NCBI GenBank assembly: GCA_963665325.3
Contig: CAXXWS020000003.1
Location: 928,001-992,000, forward strand
Direction: 5' to 3'
Source: Alphaproteobacteria bacterium
GTDB lineage: Bacteria; Pseudomonadota; Alphaproteobacteria; Bin95
Length of the DNA stretch: 64,000 bases
Below the pieces are notes generated by a model that was given only the letters and a program-made list of their open reading frames with translations, was not told the origin of the DNA and searched no databases. Positions 28,303-37,840 of the stretch are shown piece by piece. Made by a program: the position numbers and the translations under genes. Numbering within the stretch: position 1 is the first letter of the stretch; the number at the start of each line of letters is the position of its first letter.

Positions 28303-29333
28303 GCATGCTCCAGCAGGAAGGGCGCGCCGGAGCGCCCGCAGACGTCGCGCAGCTCCTCGAACAGCGTGTCGGTCATCGGGATGCCGTTCGCCTTGCGCTC
28401 GGCGTAAGCGGCGTATTCCGGGTCGCCGGCGACCATCACAGGGTTTGCCGGATCGGCGGGCGGCGTCGCCCGGAGCATGTCGAGCAGCCGGTCCATGTCG
28501 GTCTCGAATTCTCCCTCCCCGCGCAGCTGCGAGGGGTCGATGGCGAAGAAGAAATGCCCGGTCTCGTGGCCGAGGCAGCCGGAGAGCGTCGCGCACAGGA
28601 TTTCCACCATGGCGCCCAGGCCGTAGCCCTTGTGGCCGCCGAGCTCGCGCGTGCCGCCAAGCGGCGTCAGGCGCCCGGTCTCCACTGCGACCTGCGCATC
28701 CGTTATCGGCGCGCCGGACCGGTCCACCATCCAGCCTTCCGGAATCGGCTTGCCGGCCCGCCTCGCGATCGACACCTTGCCGAACGCGACCGTGCTGGTC
28801 GCCATGTCGAGCGCGAAAGGCCGGTTCTCCCCGGCCGGGGCCGCGAAGCCGATGGGGTTGGTACCGAGCGCGGAATCGGCGCCGAACATCGGGGCGACCT
28901 GTTTGGTTGGCGCGTTGGTGAGCGAAAGGCCGACCAGACCCTCCTCCGCCGCCATCTTCGAATAATAGCCGGCCGCGCCGTAGTGGTTGGAGTTGCGCAC
29001 CGCGACGGCAGCCGCACCGACTTGCCCCGCCTTGACCATCGCCGTCCGCATGGCGAGCGCAGCGGGCGGATGGCCGAGGCTGCGCCCGGCGTCGATCAGC
29101 GCCAGCGCCCCCGTCTCGCGCTCGATGCGGATATCGGGCTTCGGCTCGATGCGGCCCTCCTCCTTCGCCTTCTGGTAAAAGGGCAGCATGCCGACGCCGT
29201 GGCTGTCGATGCCGGCAAGGTCGGTTTCGACCATGACCCGGACGGTCGTCTCGATATGGTCCGGCGCCATGCCCCAGGTCTCGAAGACCGCGGCGACCTG
29301 GCGGCGAAGCACGGCGTCGTCGATGGTATGCAT
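28299..29333 (-). CDS. Ldh_2 family oxidoreductase (copy 1)
   Basis: DLAGIDSHG, SNHYGAAG, GTNPIGF, LDMATS, HKGYGL. Confidence 0.9.
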   Translation of the reverse strand: MHTIDDAVLRRQVAAVFETWGMAPDHIETTVRVMVETDLAGIDSHGVGMLPFYQKAKEEGRIEPKPDIRIERETGALALIDAGRSLGHPPAALAMRTAMVKAGQVGAAAVAVRNSNHYGAAGYYSKMAAEEGLVGLSLTNAPTKQVAPMFGADSALGTNPIGFAAPAGENRPFALDMATSTVAFGKVSIARRAGKPIPEGWMVDRSGAPITDAQVAVETGRLTPLGGTRELGGHKGYGLGAMVEILCATLSGCLGHETGHFFFAIDPSQLRGEGEFETDMDRLLDMLRATPPADPANPVMVAGDPEYAAYAERKANGIPMTDTLFEELRDVCGRSGAPFLLEHA

Positions 29334-29385
29334 GGCCTCTCCCCCCGCTTCGCCGCATGATAAGCGCGCCAGGGGAGGAAGCGCG

Positions 29386-29835
29386 ATGGCCGATTTCGAC
29401 ATGCCCGCCGAAGATGTGGAGGCAATCCGGGCCTGGTTCGACGAATGGGGCGCGGAGGTGGCGCGGCGGGACTTTGCAAGTGCGCGGCAGCGCTTCGACC
29501 CGGACGTGCTCGGCTTCGGCACCTGGATGGACCATGTGGAGGGGCTGGATGCGCTGGAAGCGCAGCAATGGCGGCGCATCTGGCCCAGCATCGAGGGTTT
29601 CGAGCACCGGACGGAGGGCCTGCGCTGCATGGTCTCGCCCGACCGGTCGATGGCGTTCGGGATGACGGTCTGGACCTCCACCGGCTTCCACGAGGACGGC
29701 ACCGCCTATGAACGGCCGGGCCGGACGACGGCGGTGTTCGCGCGGGACAAGCCCGGCGACCCGTGGCGCTGCGTGCACACCCATGTTTCGCTGTTCAGGG
29801 ATGTGCCGCAGCATTCCGCAGGCCGCCGGGGCTGA
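29386..29835 (+). CDS. SnoaL/NTF2-like protein
   Basis: VLGFGT...RPGRTTAVF...WRCVHTHVSL. Confidence 0.75.
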   Translation: MADFDMPAEDVEAIRAWFDEWGAEVARRDFASARQRFDPDVLGFGTWMDHVEGLDALEAQQWRRIWPSIEGFEHRTEGLRCMVSPDRSMAFGMTVWTSTGFHEDGTAYERPGRTTAVFARDKPGDPWRCVHTHVSLFRDVPQHSAGRRG

Positions 29836-29843
29836 GTCGGGGC

Positions 29844-30017
29844 TCAGGCAGGCCGGCCGCGCCAGGCGGTGTCCGGCTGCAGCCGGGCGAAGCCTGCCCT
29901 GACGAGGCCTGCGAGCCGGGCGAAAGCGGCGGTGAAAGCCTGGGCGCGCAACTGCCGGGCCCGGGCGATACCCCGGTCGATTTCCGCCTGGGTGGGGAGG
30001 TCGTGTCTCTGGATCAT
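29844..30017 (-). CDS. Small RSP_7527-like protein divergent from LysR
   Basis: IARARQLRAQAF motif; divergent from lysR across an AT-rich operator region. Confidence 0.55.
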   Translation of the reverse strand: MIQRHDLPTQAEIDRGIARARQLRAQAFTAAFARLAGLVRAGFARLQPDTAWRGRPA

Positions 30018-30133
30018 CTGTCCTGTCTCCGGGTTCGGATTTCCGTTGACGCAGCATTTATTATCTCTCAAATCATTTACAATGATGCCAGATACGATAT
30101 GATATTTGCATACAATGCAAAGATGAGTACGCC

Positions 30134-31078
30134 ATGAATTCCCTGAACGCCATCCGCCTGTTCACCGCCGCCGTCGATGCCGGCAGTTTCTCCGAGGTCG
30201 GGCGCCGGCTCGGCATGGCGCCCTCCTCGGTGTCGCGGCAGGTCGCGGCGCTGGAGGACAGCGTCGGCGCCCAGCTCATCCACCGCACCACGAGGAAGCT
30301 CGGCCTGACCGAGGCCGGCCGGCTCTATTTCGAGCGCGTCTCGCGCATCCTGGCCGAGCTCGACGAGGCGTCCGCCGCCGTCTCGCATCTGGAGGGGTCG
30401 CCGCGTGGCGCGCTGCATGTCAACGGGCCGGCGGCCTTCGGGGTCCGCCATATCGCCCCGGCGCTGCCGGATTTCCTCGACCGCTTTCCCGAAGTGCGGA
30501 TCGAGCTGACGCTTACCGACAATTTCGTGGACCTGCTGGAAGTCGGCGCGGATATCGCCGTGCGGGTGGGCGAGCTTGAGGATTCGAGCCTGATCGCCCG
30601 CCGGCTCGCGCCCAACCGGCGCATCCTCTGCGCCAGCCCCGGCTATCTCGCCCGCGCCGGCATGCCGGAATGCCCCGAGGACCTGGGGGCCCATAACTGC
30701 CTGATCTACACCCGCCACCACGGCAATGTGAACTGGAACCTCGGCGGGCCGGACGGGGTCGCGGAAGTGCGGGTCGGCGGCAATCTGCGCACCAACAACA
30801 CTGAGGCCGTCCACGCCGCGGCGCTCGGCGGACTCGGCATCGCGCTGCTGCCCTCGTGGCTGGTCGGGCAGGAGGTGCAAGCCGGGCGGCTGGTTGCGGT
30901 CCTTTCCGGCTACCGTGCCTCGCCGGGCGCGCTCGACACCGGCATCCACGCCCTCTACCCCGCCAACCGCCACCTCTCCACCAAGGTCCGCGCCTTCGTC
31001 GATTTCCTCGTCGAACGCTACGGCCCCCGCCCCTACTGGGAAGACCCGCCGGGGGACGGGACTCCCCGGGCCCCTTGA
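30134..31078 (+). CDS. LysR-family transcriptional regulator
   Basis: GSFSEVGRRLGMAPSSVSRQVAALE...RTTRKLGLTEAG. Confidence 0.95.
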   Translation: MNSLNAIRLFTAAVDAGSFSEVGRRLGMAPSSVSRQVAALEDSVGAQLIHRTTRKLGLTEAGRLYFERVSRILAELDEASAAVSHLEGSPRGALHVNGPAAFGVRHIAPALPDFLDRFPEVRIELTLTDNFVDLLEVGADIAVRVGELEDSSLIARRLAPNRRILCASPGYLARAGMPECPEDLGAHNCLIYTRHHGNVNWNLGGPDGVAEVRVGGNLRTNNTEAVHAAALGGLGIALLPSWLVGQEVQAGRLVAVLSGYRASPGALDTGIHALYPANRHLSTKVRAFVDFLVERYGPRPYWEDPPGDGTPRAP

Positions 31079-31647
31079 AAATCGCCCGCCTGCATCTCGA
31101 ATCTCAGCACCTCCAGCCCGAAGGCGCGAACGAGCCCGGCGCGGCGCCTCATGCCGAGGCGCGTCAGCACGGCGATGGACGGGGCGTTCTGCGGCAGGAC
31201 GAAGGCTGCGATCTCCGGCAGCGCCAGCCTTTCGAACCCGTAAGCCAGCGCGGCGCGCCCGCCCTCGGTCGCATAGCCCCGCCCCTGCCTATCGGGGTCG
31301 ATCAGGAACAGGAGTTCGGTTTCGCCGGATTCGGACAGCCGCCGGAGCCCCAGATGCCCGACAAGGCGGCCCGAGGCGCGTTCGACGACCGCCCAGGGAC
31401 CGTAGCCGCCCCGCTCCCACGCCCCCCGAAACGCTGCGATAGTTGCATCGGATCCCTGCGCGGCCTCGGCCGGGTCCTCCGTGTGGCTCGGCAGGAAGCG
31501 CGTCACGCCGGGCTTCCGGCGTATCGCCCGGTAGGCCGGCCCGTCAGCGGCCTCGAAGGGGCGCAGCAGCAGGCGGTCGGTCTCTATCGCGGTCAAGGCG
31601 CCGCCCCACGCCCGTTCACGACCGCCGTTTCGTCTTGCCGTGGACAT
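31033..31647 (-). CDS. RimJ/RimL-type GNAT acetyltransferase (real start probably TTG at 31596)
   Basis: IETDRLLLRP, QGRGYATE, NAPSIAVLTRLGM. Confidence 0.85.
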   Translation of the reverse strand: MSTARRNGGRERAWGGALTAIETDRLLLRPFEAADGPAYRAIRRKPGVTRFLPSHTEDPAEAAQGSDATIAAFRGAWERGGYGPWAVVERASGRLVGHLGLRRLSESGETELLFLIDPDRQGRGYATEGGRAALAYGFERLALPEIAAFVLPQNAPSIAVLTRLGMRRRAGLVRAFGLEVLRFEMQAGDFQGARGVPSPGGSSQ

Positions 31648-32143
31648 GCGGCGGGAGCAGGTCGGCGGGGCCGCCGGGGCGGAGCGGGCGGGGGGGGTAG
31701 CGGCCGAGCGTTATTGTCCGGTCGTACATCACGATGGCGCCGGCCATGGCGACATTGACGCAGAAGGACGTCGGGATGCGGACCACATGGGCGCAGCGCT
31801 CCAGCACCGGCCCCGACAACGAGTCGCGCTCGGGGCCCAGTATGTAGGCGGCGCGCGCCGGGTGGCGGAAGCTCGGCAGGTCCACCGCCTCGTCGATCAG
31901 CTCCACGCCCACCAGCGCACAGCCGCGCGGCAGCACCATGGCGCCCGCGTCCGGGAAGGCGTAGAGCGGCACTCGGCCGGGCGCGTGCGATGTGTCGCCG
32001 CCTCCCCGCCCGGTCCGCTCGGCATAGCTTGCGCCCACCGTAAAGAGGAAACTCGCACCGAACGCCTGTGCCGAGCGGAACAGGTTTCCGGCGTTGAGCG
32101 GCTTGCTCAGCCCCTCGACGCCGATGCCGAAATAGCCTTTCAT
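31616..32143 (-). CDS. SpoU/TrmH-family RNA methyltransferase
   Basis: NAGNLFRSA, YILGPE, CVNVAMAGAIVMYDR. Confidence 0.9.
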   Translation of the reverse strand: MKGYFGIGVEGLSKPLNAGNLFRSAQAFGASFLFTVGASYAERTGRGGGDTSHAPGRVPLYAFPDAGAMVLPRGCALVGVELIDEAVDLPSFRHPARAAYILGPERDSLSGPVLERCAHVVRIPTSFCVNVAMAGAIVMYDRTITLGRYPPRPLRPGGPADLLPPHVHGKTKRRS

Positions 32144-32181
32144 GACAGGACCGATTCTGGACCCGGGAGGCAGGGCTGTCC

Positions 32182-33192
32182 ATGCGCGCCGTAGTGGTGG
32201 ACGACTGGAAACCGTTCGACGAACTCGAACTCCGCGAGACGCCGCCGGCGGCGCTCGGGCCCCGCCATGTGCGCATAAGCGGGCGGGCCTGCGGCATTTC
32301 CTTCGCCGCCTCGCTGGTGGTGCAGGGCCGCTACCAGCGCCGCCCGCCGCTGCCCTTCACCCCCGGCACCGAATATGCAGGCGTGGTAACCGAGGTGGGC
32401 GCGGAAGTCACCCGCTTCCGGCCGGGCGACCGGGTGCTGGCGGTGCTCGACTGGGGCGGGCTGGCGGAAGAAGCCGTCGCGCTCGAGGTCAACACCTTCG
32501 CGATCCCCGACAGTATGGAATTCCACCGCGCCATCCCCTTCACCAACTCCTACCACACCTCCTACGCCGCGCTCTGCTGGCCGAACATGCTGCGCCTGGC
32601 GGCCGGCGAGACGCTGCTGGTGCACGGCGCGGCCGGCGGCGTCGGCATCGCCGCCGTCGAGATCGGCAAGATCCTGGGCGCGCAGGTAGTCGCGACGGCC
32701 GGCTCGGCGGAGAAGCTGGCGGCCGCACGCGAGCACGGCGCGGACCATCTCATCAACTACCGCGAAGCCGATTTCCGTGAGGAGGTGCTGGCGATCACGG
32801 ACGGACGCGGGGCGGACGTCATCTACGACCCCGTCGGCGGCGAAGTATTCGAGCAGTCGCTGCGCTGCATCGCCTTCGAGGGGCGCATCATGCCGGTTGG
32901 CTTCGCCGGCGGCACGATCCAGCAGATCCCGGCCAATATCCTGCTGGTCAAGACCGTGACCGTGGTGGGCATGAATTTCGGCACCTATGTCGGCTGGAGC
33001 CCGAAGGATATCCGCTATGAGGTCGAGGACCGGATGCGGGCCGGCATGGACCGGCTCTTCGCCTGGTTCGAGGAAGGCCGCCTCAGGCCGAGGGTGGACC
33101 TGACCTTCCCGCTGGAGGGCTTCAAGGACGCGATGGCGGCGGTGCTCTCGCGCCGCGCCATAGGGCGGGTCGCCGTGGTGATGGAGCCGTAG
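32182..33192 (+). CDS. NADPH:quinone oxidoreductase (MDR family)
   Basis: PFTPGTEYAG, LVHGAAGGVG, YDPVGG. Confidence 0.9.
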   Translation: MRAVVVDDWKPFDELELRETPPAALGPRHVRISGRACGISFAASLVVQGRYQRRPPLPFTPGTEYAGVVTEVGAEVTRFRPGDRVLAVLDWGGLAEEAVALEVNTFAIPDSMEFHRAIPFTNSYHTSYAALCWPNMLRLAAGETLLVHGAAGGVGIAAVEIGKILGAQVVATAGSAEKLAAAREHGADHLINYREADFREEVLAITDGRGADVIYDPVGGEVFEQSLRCIAFEGRIMPVGFAGGTIQQIPANILLVKTVTVVGMNFGTYVGWSPKDIRYEVEDRMRAGMDRLFAWFEEGRLRPRVDLTFPLEGFKDAMAAVLSRRAIGRVAVVMEP

Positions 33193-33194
33193 CA

Positions 33195-34268
33195 ATGGCG
33201 TGGCCGAGGGCCCTTCCCGCAGCCTTGCTGGCGCTCGCCCTTGCCGCCTGCTCCGGGGTGGACCGACCCGGCGTGCCGGCAACCGGCGCGGAGCGCCAGG
33301 AGGCGCGCCGGCTGTTGCAGGCGAGCGCCATTCCGCAGCAGAGGCAGCTCGGCGAGGCGGACCAGCATGCCTCGCTGGCGCGGGTCGTCCGCCATATCCG
33401 CCCGGCGGCCCACCGGGTCTGCCAGCGCATGAGGGGCGCGAATTGCGGCGCGATCCTCTCGCGCAGCCCCGTCCGCTCGAGAGACCGGAAAATCAACGCC
33501 CATGTCGATGGCAGCCATCGGGTGACGATGAATGCCGGCCTGCTGCGCGCCTCCGGCTCGGACGAGGAAATCGCCGCCGTGCTGGCGCACGAATACGGCC
33601 ATGTGATCGCCGACCATGTGGACAAGCGCATGAAGGATGCCAGCGCCGGCGCGCTGGGCGGGCTGCTCGCCGGCGCGCTGGTCGGGGCCGTCATCTGCGA
33701 CAGCTCCAAGAACGACTGCATGGGGCACATGGTGCGCACGGGCGGGTCGATGGGCCTCGGAATGGGCGCTCTCGCCTATTCCCAGCAGCATGAACTGGAA
33801 GCGGACTACTATTCGGCGCTCATTCTGGCGGAGGCCGGCGTGCCCCTGGAGGCGGGCGAAAAGATGCTGATGCGCCTCGCGCGCACCAAGGAGGGCCGGG
33901 AGGGCGGCTTCGGGCGGCTCGGGATGGCGATGGCCAGCACCCATCCGGCGAACGACGAGCGCATCGCCCGCTGGATCGCGAACCGCCGCGCGCTCCAGCA
34001 CGCCCTCGCCACCGGGCTCGGCACCGATGCCCAGCTGGCCTCAGAGGCGCGGCGCCGCGCGCTGGAGACCGGCGCCACCGAGACGCACTGGGCGAACCCC
34101 CGCACCGGGCACAGCGGGGCCATATCGGTGAAGAAACGGTGGCGCGCCGCCGCCGGCGAGGCATGCGTGCGGTACGGTTGGAAAAGCTGGCAGGCCGCAG
34201 GCCGTGCCGAGAGGCAAGGCGAGGAAACGGCTTGCAGACAAGCCGGCGGACCGTGGCAGGTCCGGTAG
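33195..34268 (+). CDS. M48 metallopeptidase lipoprotein with C-terminal 17-kDa-antigen-like domain
   Basis: LAAC lipobox, AHEYGH, ELEAD, STHP; tail WANPRTGHSG...TACRQAGGPW. Confidence 0.85.
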   Translation: MAWPRALPAALLALALAACSGVDRPGVPATGAERQEARRLLQASAIPQQRQLGEADQHASLARVVRHIRPAAHRVCQRMRGANCGAILSRSPVRSRDRKINAHVDGSHRVTMNAGLLRASGSDEEIAAVLAHEYGHVIADHVDKRMKDASAGALGGLLAGALVGAVICDSSKNDCMGHMVRTGGSMGLGMGALAYSQQHELEADYYSALILAEAGVPLEAGEKMLMRLARTKEGREGGFGRLGMAMASTHPANDERIARWIANRRALQHALATGLGTDAQLASEARRRALETGATETHWANPRTGHSGAISVKKRWRAAAGEACVRYGWKSWQAAGRAERQGEETACRQAGGPWQVR

Positions 34269-37180
34269 CGGCAGAACGCGGGTTCGACAGCCGGGTGGGC
34301 GATTCCCGGCTGGCGGCGCGGCTCGGCGCAGAGATCGAAGGCGAGGTGCTGTTCGACCCGTTCGAGCGCGGGCGCTATTCCACCGACGCCTCGATCTACC
34401 AGATCGAGCCTATAGGCGTGGTGCGGCCGCGCTCAGTTGCCGACGTCCAGGCGGCCATGGCGATCGCACGCGAGGAGGGCGTGCCGGTGCTGCCCCGCGG
34501 CGGCGGCACCTCGCAGGCGGGCCAGACAATCGGCGAGGCGCTGGTGCTCGACTGCTCGGCGCATCTGGACCGCATCCTGGAGATCGATGCCGCGAACCGG
34601 CGGGCGCGCGTCGAGCCGGGCGTCGTGCTGGGCCGGCTGAATGCGCGGCTCCGCCGGGACGGGCTCATGTTCCCGGTCGATATCTCCACCGCGAGCCGGG
34701 CCACGCTCGGCGGCATGGCGGCGAACAATTCCTGCGGCTCGCGCTCGATCCGCTACGGCAACATGGTCCACAACACCCACGCCATCGAGGCGATCCTGGC
34801 CGACGGCAGCCGCCACCGCTTCGCGCGCATGCCCGGCAATCTCGGCTCCGGAGGCGGCACGCCCGGCTATATCGACCTCGTGCGCAGGCTCCGCGCCATC
34901 GCCGAGCGCGAGCGCGACGCCATCGCGCGCGGCTTCCCGGACGTGCTGCGCAAGGTCGGCGGCTACAATCTCGAAAGCATCGATGCCGCCGGGCACAATA
35001 TGGCCCACCTGCTGGTCGGCTCGGAGGGCACGCTCGGCTTCTTCACCGCGATCGAGGTCGATCTCCAGCCGGTCCCGCCGCACAAGGTGCTGGGCGTGTG
35101 CCACTTCCCGCGCTTTCGCGACGCGATGGACGCCGTGCCCCGGCTTGTGGCGCTGGGTCCCGATGCGGTCGAGCTGGTGGACCGCACGATCATCGAGCTC
35201 GGGCGCGATATCCAGATGTTCCGGGAGACCGTCAGCGAGGTCGTGCAGGGGCGGCCGGACGCGCTGCTGCTGGTCGAATTCGCCGGCGAGGACCGGGCCG
35301 CGCTGCTCGCCCGGCTGGAGGCGCTCGACGATGCGATGAGCGATCTGGGCCATCCGGGCGCCGTCGTCCGCGCCGTCGATCCGGCGCTCCAGGCGCGTAT
35401 CTGGGGCGTGCGCGAGGCGGGGCTCAATATCGTCATGTCGATGAAGACCGAGGGCAAGCCGGTCTCCTTCATCGAGGATTGCGCCGTGCCGCTGGAGGAT
35501 CTGGGAGACTTCACCGACCGGCTGACAGGCGTGTTCGAGAAGCACGGCACGACGGGCACCTGGTATGCCCATGCCTCGGTCGGCCTGCTGCATGTGCGCC
35601 CGGTGCTGAACCTGAAACAGCCCAGGGGGGCGGCCGCGATGCGCGCCATCGCGGAGGAAGCCTTCGCCATGGTGCGCGAATACAAGGGCAGCCATTCCGG
35701 CGAGCATGGCGACGGCATCGTCCGCTCGGAGTTCCACGAGCGCATGTTCGGGCCGGCGCTGGCACGCGCTTTCGAGGAGGTGAAGGACACCTTCGACCCC
35801 GGGGGCCTCTTCAATCCCGGCAAGATCGTCCGCGCGCCGCGCATGGACGACCGCGCGCTCTTCCGCTTCAAGCCGGGCTATGCGGCGGCCCCGCTCGCGC
35901 CGGCGCTCGACTGGTCGGACTGGCCCGGCGGCTTCCTCGGCGCGGCCGAGATGTGCAACAACAACGGCGCCTGCCGGAAGGCCGATCCCGGCGTGATGTG
36001 CCCCTCCTTCCGGGCAACCGGGCGGGAGCGTGACCTAACGCGCGGGCGCGCCAACACGCTGCGCCTCGCGCTCTCCGGACAGCTCGGCCCGGACGCGCTC
36101 GTCTCGGACGACATGGCCCGCACCATGGAGCTCTGCGTCGGCTGCAAGGGCTGCCGGCGCGAATGCCCGACCGGGGTCGATATGGCGCGGATGAAGGTTG
36201 AGTTCCTGCATCAATACAAGGCCCGGCGCGGCCTGACGCTCCGCGACCGGCTGGTCTCCTCCCTGCCGCATTACGCGCCGATGTTCGCGCCCTTCGCCCC
36301 GCTGCTGAACGCAGCCGAGGGGGTCGCGCCGCTCCGGGCGTTGCGCGAGCGCGCAACCGGCTTCTCGCGCCGCCGCCGGCTGCCGGCCTGGCGGCGCGAC
36401 CGCTTCCGGCCGGTGGAAACCGGGGATACCTCCGGCGGCGAGCGGGAGGCCGTGCTGTTCGCCGACTGCTTCAACACCGCTTTCGAGCCGGAAAACGCGC
36501 GCGCGGCCGCGGCCGTGCTAGAGGCAGCCGGCTTCCGTGTGCGCCATCCACGCGGGTCCGATGGCGCGCGCCCACCCTGTTGCGGCCGGAGCTGGCTGGC
36601 GGCGGGCCGCATCGACCGGGCGCGGGCCGAGATGCAGCGCACCGTCGCCATGCTGCTGCCCTATGCAGAGGCCGGCACGCCCATTGTCGGCCTGGAGCCC
36701 TCCTGCCTGTTCACCTTCCGCGACGAGCTGCAGGCCGTGCTGCCGGGGCCGGAGAGTGCCCGCGTCGGCGAAAGCGCCATGATGCTGGAAAGCCTTGTTT
36801 CCGAAGGCGAAGCGGCGGAGCGGCTGGCGGAACGGCTCGGGCCGCTGCCGGAAGGGCGCGCGGTCGTCCACGCCCATTGCCACCGCAAGAGCTTTGACGG
36901 CCCGGCGGCGCTGATGGCCGCGCTCTCGCTGGTGCCGGGCCTCGAGCCCGAGCTGGTCGAGAGCTCCTGCTGCGGCATGGCCGGCAGCTTCGGCTATGAG
37001 GCCGAGCATTACGAGGTTTCGATGAAGATGGCCGAAGCCTCCCTGCTGCCGGCCGTGCGCGCGGCCGGCAAAGACGCGATCATCGCCGCGGACGGCACCA
37101 GTTGCCGCCACCAGATCGCTGACGGCGCCGGCAGACAGGCGCAACATCCCGCACGTATTCTGGAAAGGGCGCTTGCATGA
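34253..37180 (+). CDS. FAD-binding/Fe-S oxidoreductase (GlcD/GlcF fusion, YdiJ-like)
   Basis: YSTDASIYQ, PRGGGTS, HSGEHGDG, CVGCKGCRRECP, CCG motifs; start approximate. Confidence 0.9.
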   Translation: MAGPVAAERGFDSRVGDSRLAARLGAEIEGEVLFDPFERGRYSTDASIYQIEPIGVVRPRSVADVQAAMAIAREEGVPVLPRGGGTSQAGQTIGEALVLDCSAHLDRILEIDAANRRARVEPGVVLGRLNARLRRDGLMFPVDISTASRATLGGMAANNSCGSRSIRYGNMVHNTHAIEAILADGSRHRFARMPGNLGSGGGTPGYIDLVRRLRAIAERERDAIARGFPDVLRKVGGYNLESIDAAGHNMAHLLVGSEGTLGFFTAIEVDLQPVPPHKVLGVCHFPRFRDAMDAVPRLVALGPDAVELVDRTIIELGRDIQMFRETVSEVVQGRPDALLLVEFAGEDRAALLARLEALDDAMSDLGHPGAVVRAVDPALQARIWGVREAGLNIVMSMKTEGKPVSFIEDCAVPLEDLGDFTDRLTGVFEKHGTTGTWYAHASVGLLHVRPVLNLKQPRGAAAMRAIAEEAFAMVREYKGSHSGEHGDGIVRSEFHERMFGPALARAFEEVKDTFDPGGLFNPGKIVRAPRMDDRALFRFKPGYAAAPLAPALDWSDWPGGFLGAAEMCNNNGACRKADPGVMCPSFRATGRERDLTRGRANTLRLALSGQLGPDALVSDDMARTMELCVGCKGCRRECPTGVDMARMKVEFLHQYKARRGLTLRDRLVSSLPHYAPMFAPFAPLLNAAEGVAPLRALRERATGFSRRRRLPAWRRDRFRPVETGDTSGGEREAVLFADCFNTAFEPENARAAAAVLEAAGFRVRHPRGSDGARPPCCGRSWLAAGRIDRARAEMQRTVAMLLPYAEAGTPIVGLEPSCLFTFRDELQAVLPGPESARVGESAMMLESLVSEGEAAERLAERLGPLPEGRAVVHAHCHRKSFDGPAALMAALSLVPGLEPELVESSCCGMAGSFGYEAEHYEVSMKMAEASLLPAVRAAGKDAIIAADGTSCRHQIADGAGRQAQHPARILERALA

Positions 37181-37821
37181 CCGCCATCCATGTCTGGGGC
37201 ATCGTCTCCACCCGCGCGCTCCGCGTCCACTGGACCCTGCAGGAACTTGGCCTGACATACGGGACGACACCGCTCCGCACGCGCACGCCGGAGCAGACGG
37301 CCCCGGCCTACCGCGCCGTCAACCTGCTGCACAAGATCCCGACGATGGAGATCGACGGCGTGCGCTACACCGAGTCCGGCGCCATCGCCCTGGAGCTGGC
37401 GTCGCGCTTCCGCGACCGGGTCGATCTCTGGCCGGAAGCCGAGCGGGCCCGCGTGCTCGAATGGTGCTTCTATGTGGCGATGGAGCTCGACGCGACCTCG
37501 CTCTACGTCATCCGCCGCCACGGAGACCTTTCGGAAATATATGGCGAGGCGCCGGTCGCGGTGTCCGGCGCGCGCGAATACTGGCTGAAACAGGCGGCGA
37601 AGGCCGAAGCGGCGCTCGCCGACGGCCGCCCCTGGCTGCTGGGCGAGACCTTCTCGGTCGCCGATATCATGCTTGGCTCGTGCCTCGGCTGGGCCGGCCG
37701 CCGCGACGTCGCCGTGCCGCAGATCCTCCAGGACTACGACGCCCGCCTCCACACCCGCCCCGGCCGCCAGCGCGCCGAGGAAGCCAACGAAGGCCGGATG
37801 GATACGACGGCGGGCGGATAG
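37177..37821 (+). CDS. Glutathione S-transferase
   Basis: RALRVHWTLQELG, KIP, ESGAI, FSVADI. Confidence 0.85.
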   Translation: MTAIHVWGIVSTRALRVHWTLQELGLTYGTTPLRTRTPEQTAPAYRAVNLLHKIPTMEIDGVRYTESGAIALELASRFRDRVDLWPEAERARVLEWCFYVAMELDATSLYVIRRHGDLSEIYGEAPVAVSGAREYWLKQAAKAEAALADGRPWLLGETFSVADIMLGSCLGWAGRRDVAVPQILQDYDARLHTRPGRQRAEEANEGRMDTTAGG

Positions 37822-37840
37822 CGCGGGACTGCCTGCGGGC

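Noticed and set aside
27211-30057. 948-aa fused ORF
   Set aside because: Only 27211-28302 is the real gene; the upstream part is an off-frame read of the neighbouring paralog.
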